Source: Lysobacterales bacterium
Lineage (GTDB): Bacteria > Pseudomonadota > Gammaproteobacteria > Xanthomonadales > SZUA-5
Direction of reading: 5' to 3'
NCBI GenBank assembly: GCA_022844165.1
Contig: JALHMH010000004.1
Coordinates: 151,509 to 215,508, forward strand
Length of the DNA: 64,000 nt
Part shown: positions 58,194 through 64,000 of the stretch, piece by piece
Layout of the letters: the number at the start of each line of letters is the position of its first letter
Numbering within the stretch: position 1 is the stretch's first letter
Notes under the pieces: generated by a model
Databases searched by the model: none
What the model was told of the DNA's origin: nothing
Seen by the model: the letters and a program-made list of their open reading frames with translations, nothing else
Translations under genes and position numbers: made by a program

Positions 58194-58888
58194 GCTATCT
58201 CAGCCAAGTGATCTTCTCGCCACAGAGTCGCGATGACCATGGACTTGCCAATCGCATGTTGGTGGCGCCATACCTGCAGCATCAGACGCTATGGACGCTG
58301 TTTACGAAGGCCCCCGGTACACCTCAGCCTTTTCTGTTTCGCCAAGTGCTGGATTCTCGCGTGCCGAAGTTTTTGTTGCTCAGCGATGAGCCGCCGTCCG
58401 TACCGAGTGCGCGTTGGCAGGTCCAAAGCAAGTTGTTTGTTCCAGTGTTAAGGCGCGGCCAAGTCCTGGCTTTTCAGGCGCGACTCAATCCAACCCGGAG
58501 CGAACGCCGACCCGGCGCTCAGCGTGGTAAGCGACAGGATCTGGTGATGTCGCTTCTTCATCAGGTCCCGGCAGAAAATCGGGCAGCCGAACGCCAGCGA
58601 CTGTTGCACGAACGTCTGCCGCAGTGGTTCGCAGATCGAGGAGCTGCAGCAGGTTTCAAAGTTGTCGAGGAAAGAGGCAGCCTTCAATGTGCGATCAGCC
58701 GTTACGAGGTGATGCACAGCACAGCCCGCCAGGACGGTACCGACCGCAAAGTGACGCTGGGTTGCGCGGATTTCGGTGGGCGGGTTGAAGTGACCGATCC
58801 AGACCGCATGACGGCGTGCCTGCGAAGTGGTATTGGTCATGGCAAAGCCTTTGGGCTCGGCTTGCTGCTCGTGCGCCCAGAGACCTGA
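58190..58888 (+). CDS. cas6e: Cas6e crRNA endonuclease (Cse3/CasE)
   Basis: YLQHQTLW.LF, FLFR, C-terminal GIGHGKAFGLGLL. Confidence 0.95.
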   Translation: MSYLSQVIFSPQSRDDHGLANRMLVAPYLQHQTLWTLFTKAPGTPQPFLFRQVLDSRVPKFLLLSDEPPSVPSARWQVQSKLFVPVLRRGQVLAFQARLNPTRSERRPGAQRGKRQDLVMSLLHQVPAENRAAERQRLLHERLPQWFADRGAAAGFKVVEERGSLQCAISRYEVMHSTARQDGTDRKVTLGCADFGGRVEVTDPDRMTACLRSGIGHGKAFGLGLLLVRPET

Positions 58889-58891
58889 CGT

Positions 58892-59830
58892 ATGGATGCG
58901 CAACTGCCCGAACTGACGCCGACGCCGATCAAGGATCGCGTCAGCGCCGTCTGGGTCGAATACGGGCGACTAGATGTCATCGACGGCAGCTTTGTGATGG
59001 TCGACGACGGTGGCGTGCGTACCGTCATCCCTGTCGGCGCCATTACCTGCATTTTCCTCGAACCCGGCACGCGTGTATCGCACGCCGCCGTTGCGCTCGC
59101 TGCACGCGCGGGCACGCTGCTGGTCTGGGTGGGTGAAGCGGGCGTTCGACTTTATGCCAGCGGCCAACCCGGTGGAGCGCGAGCCGATCGATTGTTGCTC
59201 CAGGCCCGTTTGGCGCTGGACGAAACGGCGCGACTCAAGGTCGTCCGCAAAATGTACGCAATGCGGTTCGGACAAGCGGCGCCCGAGCGACGATCCGTCG
59301 AGCAATTACGCGGGATCGAGGGTGCTCGTGTACGCACGCTATATCGAACGCTGGCGGCGCGATTCGGAATACGCTGGAAGGCCAGGGACTATGACCCCAA
59401 CGACTGGTCTTCGGGCGATCTCGTTAACCACTGTGTATCGGCCGCGACCGCATGCCTCTATGGCGTGAGCGAAGCGGCGGTGCTTGCGGCCGGTTACGCG
59501 CCGGCAATCGGCTTTATTCACACCGGCAAACCACTGTCGTTCGTTTACGATGTTGCCGACGTCTATAAGTTCGATACCGTTGTTCCAGCAGCATTCTCGG
59601 TGGCGGCTAAGCTCACTAAAGCGAAACGGAACGACTTGCGCATGGCAGAACGCGAAGTGAGGCGCGCTTGTCGCGATATTTTTCGCGAAAAGAAGTTACT
59701 GAATCGGATCATTCCCGGCATTGAAGAGATGCTTGCAGCCGGCGATCTTATCGCAGAGAAGGCGCCGGGCGTGGTAGGTCCGGCGTTCGAAGATCCGGAG
59801 CAGACGGGCGATGTTGGTCATCGTAGTTGA
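58892..59830 (+). CDS. cas1: Type I-E Cas1
   Basis: LEPGTRVSHAA, WVGEAGVRLY, EQLRGIEGARVR, GFIHTG, FVYDVAD. Confidence 0.97.
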   Translation: MDAQLPELTPTPIKDRVSAVWVEYGRLDVIDGSFVMVDDGGVRTVIPVGAITCIFLEPGTRVSHAAVALAARAGTLLVWVGEAGVRLYASGQPGGARADRLLLQARLALDETARLKVVRKMYAMRFGQAAPERRSVEQLRGIEGARVRTLYRTLAARFGIRWKARDYDPNDWSSGDLVNHCVSAATACLYGVSEAAVLAAGYAPAIGFIHTGKPLSFVYDVADVYKFDTVVPAAFSVAAKLTKAKRNDLRMAEREVRRACRDIFREKKLLNRIIPGIEEMLAAGDLIAEKAPGVVGPAFEDPEQTGDVGHRS

Positions 59831-60137
59831 AAACGTCACGCCGCGCCTGCGCGGACGATTAGGGGTTCGTTTGCTGGAAGTTCGAGCCGGCGTATATGTT
59901 GGCCGGGCCGGCAAACGTTTGCGCGAGCGCATTTGGGAAGAAGTTGAGGCGGGTCTTGGCGAAGGCAGCGCCCTGATGGCCTTCAATGCCACCAACGAGC
60001 AAGGCTATCGGGTGCAAACCATCGGTACCAACCGCCGGGTTCCAGTGGATTGGTTAGGGTTGCAACTCGTCGCCTTTCAGCCGCCCAAGACGGAGGGCGA
60101 GACGCCCGTTCAGGTTGGTAGAATTTCACCGCGCTGA
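59811..60137 (+). CDS. cas2: Type I-E Cas2
   Basis: MLVIVVENVTPRLRGRL..LLEVRAGVYVG, NEQGY, NRRVPVDWLGLQLVAF. Confidence 0.96.
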   Translation: MLVIVVENVTPRLRGRLGVRLLEVRAGVYVGRAGKRLRERIWEEVEAGLGEGSALMAFNATNEQGYRVQTIGTNRRVPVDWLGLQLVAFQPPKTEGETPVQVGRISPR

Positions 60138-60170
60138 TTGTTCTTTGAAAATCAAACGGATACATTTAGT
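60111..60170 (+). promoter_or_regulatory. CRISPR leader (overlaps the cas2 3' end), with an IHF-like site
   Basis: AT-rich GTTCTTTGAAAATCAAACGGATACATTTAGT directly before repeat 1; AATCAA-N4-ATA approximates the IHF consensus WATCAR-N4-TTR. Confidence 0.7.
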
Positions 60171-62825
60171 GCGTTCCCCGCACGCGCGGGGATCAACCGG
60201 CACGCAGCCTCTGTCGTGAACTCGGCGCCGTGCGTTCCCCGCACGCGCGGGGATCAACCGCTGCGCGAACTGGCGCGCCTGCAACGCGAGAAGCGTTCCC
60301 CGCACGCGCGGGGATCAACCGGTTCGCCCGACGTGGTGGTGTTGGGCGATGGGGCGTTCCCCGCACGCGCGGGGATCAACCGATGGCGTAAACGAGCGCA
60401 GCGGCCTCACAGCCGCGTTCCCCGCACGCGCGGGGATCAACCGCTTTGCCTGTCAGATAGCGCACCAAGCGATATGCGTTCCCCGCACGCGCGGGGATCA
60501 ACCGCACAAAAGAAAACGCCGGCTCGGTGTCAAAAAGCGTTCCCCGCACGCGCGGGGATCAACCGATATCACGGCTCTGACTAGTTAGACAAACGCAGCG
60601 TTCCCCGCACGCGCGGGGATCAACCGGTCGGCCATGCTGGGCGGTGCGTCAGGCTTGCGCGTTCCCCGCACGCGCGGGGATCAACCGATCGTTCAAGAGC
60701 AGACCGGTGAACTACGCGAGCGTTCCCCGCACGCGCGGGGATCAACCGCACAGAGTGCATACAACACTTGATTGTTTGGCGCGTTCCCCGCACGCGCGGG
60801 GATCAACCGTTTTCGCAACCGCCGGGCGCCGGGTCCGAATAGCGTTCCCCGCACGCGCGGGGATCAACCGCCCTTAACTGGGGACATCGCGCACGTAGTG
60901 CCGCGTTCCCCGCACGCGCGGGGATCAACCGCGATTCGGGGTTATCGGCCAGCGCCCCGCCGCCGCGTTCCCCGCACGCGCGGGGATCAACCGGTTCGCC
61001 CGACGTGGTGGTGTTGAACACGCTAGCGTTCCCCGCACGCGCGGGGATCAACCGCTATTTCAGGGCTCTGAAATCGACTTCATATGGCGTTCCCCGCACG
61101 CGCGGGGATCAACCGAACGACGTTTTCCTTTGCTATCAGTACGGCGACGCGTTCCCCGCACGCGCGGGGATCAACCGAAAACCCATCATCGTTTGCTACG
61201 TAGAGGCCGGCGTTCCCCGCACGCGCGGGGATCAACCGTTGATTCGATCGACCGAGGACGCGTTAACGGAGCGTTCCCCGCACGCGCGGGGATCAACCGT
61301 TCTTGGAAGAGTCGCAGGAAAACGCGACCGAGCGTTCCCCGCACGCGCGGGGATCAACCGGAAATGCTTGGCCCGATCCGTAGGCAGTATTTGCGTTCCC
61401 CGCACGCGCGGGGATCAACCGCGCTACTTGCAACAGCGTTCGGAACGGGCTAGGCGTTCCCCGCACGCGCGGGGATCAACCGCGAAGGTCATATTTGACG
61501 CTCTGATAGTTGTCGCGTTCCCCGCACGCGCGGGGATCAACCGTTGTGCCGTGGGCGGCTGGCAGCATGGCGTTAGCGTTCCCCGCACGCGCGGGGATCA
61601 ACCGTATCCCAACGACACCACGGGGCAACTGTACGAGCGTTCCCCGCACGCGCGGGGATCAACCGGTAATGAGCTGGCAAAAACCAACGACATGGGAGCG
61701 TTCCCCGCACGCGCGGGGATCAACCGACCGACTTCGAAATCTGGAACAACCAACAATGGCGTTCCCCGCACGCGCGGGGATCAACCGTTGTTGCGGCATG
61801 CGTTGTAACTTCACTACCAGCGTTCCCCGCACGCGCGGGGATCAACCGTGTCTCAAAAAGTCCGAGCCGTCGTCGGCGAAGCGTTCCCCGCACGCGCGGG
61901 GATCAACCGGCCGCCAACGCATCCGCGATACCGCCACGTCGCGCGTTCCCCGCACGCGCGGGGATCAACCGGCCGGGTTGTTGGTGATCGTAGCCGCCCG
62001 CCGGCGTTCCCCGCACGCGCGGGGATCAACCGCGCATAACAAAGGCAGTGAATGTTCATGACTGGCGTTCCCCGCACGCGCGGGGATCAACCGTCCGAGA
62101 CCGATAGGGGGCGGGGTAGGCGGAGGCGTTCCCCGCACGCGCGGGGATCAACCGTTGAGATATTCTGCACCATGCTTGTCGATTTGGCGTTCCCCGCACG
62201 CGCGGGGATCAACCGGCATGAAAACGTTCGCGCCGTTCGTCGCATCGGCGTTCCCCGCACGCGCGGGGATCAACCGTTGATAGATGAATTGCGCTTGGCG
62301 TTATGATGGCGTTCCCCGCACGCGCGGGGATCAACCGCGTCCGAAGTTGTCGCGTTGTTGCGGGACCGAGCGTTCCCCGCACGCGCGGGGATCAACCGAT
62401 TCGTACCACGCCAGACATTCAGATTTCCAAGCGTTCCCCGCACGCGCGGGGATCAACCGATGCTCACGGGTGAATGTCCTCATCGTCGACGCCGTTCCCC
62501 GCACGCGCGGGGATCAACCGATGTGGTTTTCGAGCACAAATCTATTAATGCCGCGTTCCCCGCACGCGCGGGGATCAACCGCAGCATGAGCGCCGTAATC
62601 TCAAACTGCGGGCGCGTTCCCCGCACGCGCGGGGATCAACCGCGCGCGAACTAACCAGCTATGTCATCGAACTGGCGTTCCCCGCACGCGCGGGGATCAA
62701 CCGATGATGGCGCGGCTAAGCGCTACCTCGTTTGCGCGTTCCCCGCACGCGCGGGGATCAACCGGCTCTGACGTGATCCCATAGCCAACTGTGTTGGCGT
62801 TCCCCGCACGCGCGGGGATCAACCG
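60171..62825 (+). CRISPR. Type I-E CRISPR array: 44 repeats of 29 bp, 43 spacers of 32-33 bp
   Basis: Repeat GCGTTCCCCGCACGCGCGGGGATCAACCG with a 61-bp period (three 33-nt spacers); one variant seen, at 62492 (first base C). Confidence 0.99.
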
Positions 62826-63017
62826 CGTGTAACGAGGCGCGCGAGATTTTGGAGGCAGGAAAAACAAACGCGGACATCCAGTTTCTGTCTCTTCATGCGA
62901 ACCTATTAGACGTTCAAACGTCTAGACGTCTGGACACAAGATTCGAACCGGGATGATTTTCGGCGTGCGACCAACGCCGCCAGACGCCAGCGGCGCCAAG
63001 AATCCCATGTGAGTCTC

Positions 63018-63882
63018 TCAGCCGGTCACGAGGCTCCTGGCATAGCCGATACCTTTGAACCACTGCCGTTTCCACTGCGCGGCCTTGGCCTCGAGTGCTT
63101 CAACGCTGGCAACGAAGCGCCAATATCCAGAGCCGACGCCTTTGACATGCGCGGTCCAGTAGTTGGTGTTGAGGCCAAGCTTGCTCAGTGCCGTCGGCTC
63201 ACGCTCGTCGATCTTGCCGCGTTTGCCGGGTCTGAGTTGGCGGCCAGTGTAGTCGACCAGCTCAATGTACTGGCGATTGCTCATCGCCAGTCTGGCGAAG
63301 GCTTGGTCTTTCAACAAACCAAGCCGAACGCCGGCAATGGGTTGGATCGGCTCATCCGCTTTGCCGGGATCTTTGCGTAGTTCCTCGGCGCGCACCTGGA
63401 CGCTGGTGTGATCGCTGCTCTCGATGCTGTCGGCGATCCCTGCGCGAACCGGATTGAGGTCGACGTACGCCATCGCCGCGGCGAGCGCGGCTTCGTCGTC
63501 AAGCAACTGAGATTTGAATCGGCCTTCCCAGAACCGCCCCGTCACGTCATCTTCTGCGTTCGCCTTGCGCGCGATGTGCTCGTCAAGACAGCGCATAAAC
63601 CACGAAAGATTCGTGAGCCGATCGCGGCGAACCTTAAGTGCGACTTTGTCTGCACACAGCGCTCTGATTTTCGCCGTGCTCTGCTCCGCCTCGCGCGCCG
63701 GGAACAATTGCACCCAACGGTGGGCAATTTCCTCGTCAGACCAGTCGCGCGAGGCGGCCGGCTCAATCGACAGCACCACGTGCAGGTGGTTGCTCATCAC
63801 CGCGTAGCTGTAGACATCGACCGCAAAAATGCTCGCCAGTTGAACAATGCGCGAGGCGATCATTGGCTTGCGGTGCTCGTAG
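63018..63882 (-). mobile_element. RAYT / IS200-IS605-superfamily HUH (Y1) transposase, 5'-interrupted
   Basis: YAVMSNHLHVVL (HUH), LSWFMR, GRFWEGRFKS, AYVDLNPVRAG (catalytic Tyr); in-frame TGA two codons upstream of YEHRK. Confidence 0.88.
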
Positions 63883-64000
63883 TGTCACTGAGCACCTGAA
63901 TCGAGCCACCCGATGAGCGGGTGAATCGAGCCACTTCGTGTGGTGCAAACGGGCTCGAACGTCAGGGGTGATTTTAGCTCGATTTTGGTCGTTCCGAACG
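63883..64000. mobile_element. End of an IS21-family-like element (continues past the window)
   Basis: Starts TGTCA, followed by two tandem repeats TGAGC-N3-TGAATCGAGCCAC (63889-63909, 63914-63934), exactly at the RAYT breakpoint. Confidence 0.7.

Noticed and set aside
60261-60292. Spacer 2 partial match (GCGCGCCTGCAAC) to the MFP gene near 39316
   Set aside because: Only 13 nt of GC-rich identity; not credible self-targeting.
61605-61636. Spacer 24 loosely resembling the reverse complement of spacers 3 and 14
   Set aside because: Needs a gap and several mismatches; not distinguishable from chance by eye.
60138-62654. ORFs with repeating AFPARAGINR / VPRTRGDQP / RSPHARGST
   Set aside because: Translations of CRISPR repeats, not proteins.

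Overview
GC-rich bacterial DNA. The gene content suggests a Gram-negative Xanthomonadales/Lysobacterales-like gammaproteobacterium (inference). Layout from left to right: (1) a GT4 glycosyltransferase, then on the minus strand a VPS10/BNR glycosidase-like gene, an ECF sigma, a Ser/Thr kinase and a secreted four-repeat Cys-rich protein; (2) an RND adaptor/permease pair and two ankyrin paralogs; (3) a Kef antiporter/USP/P-type ATPase/lactate permease/D-LDH block; (4) a general-stress cluster (CsbD x2, YqjD/E/K-like, entericidin) that unexpectedly contains a sortase and its LPxTA substrate, followed by an MlaEFD-PqiC-like operon; (5) an ~8 kb mosaic of duplicated and orphan gene fragments at 32.6-40.7 kb; (6) a large surface protein, a second ECF-kinase pair, and EAL and HD-GYP genes; (7) a complete type I-E CRISPR-Cas locus (44 repeats, 43 spacers); (8) a RAYT-type HUH transposase cut by an IS21-like end. 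The most interesting signals are three. First, two cargo blocks with no integrase are each bracketed by an intact gene and a displaced copy of that gene's 3' end (RND permease and pqiC-like). Second, the diderm sortase system sits inside a stress cluster, and several genes there share an upstream palindrome. Third, two CRISPR spacers share their first 23 nt. All calls are from visual motif recognition; no database searches were run, and start codons are best estimates.
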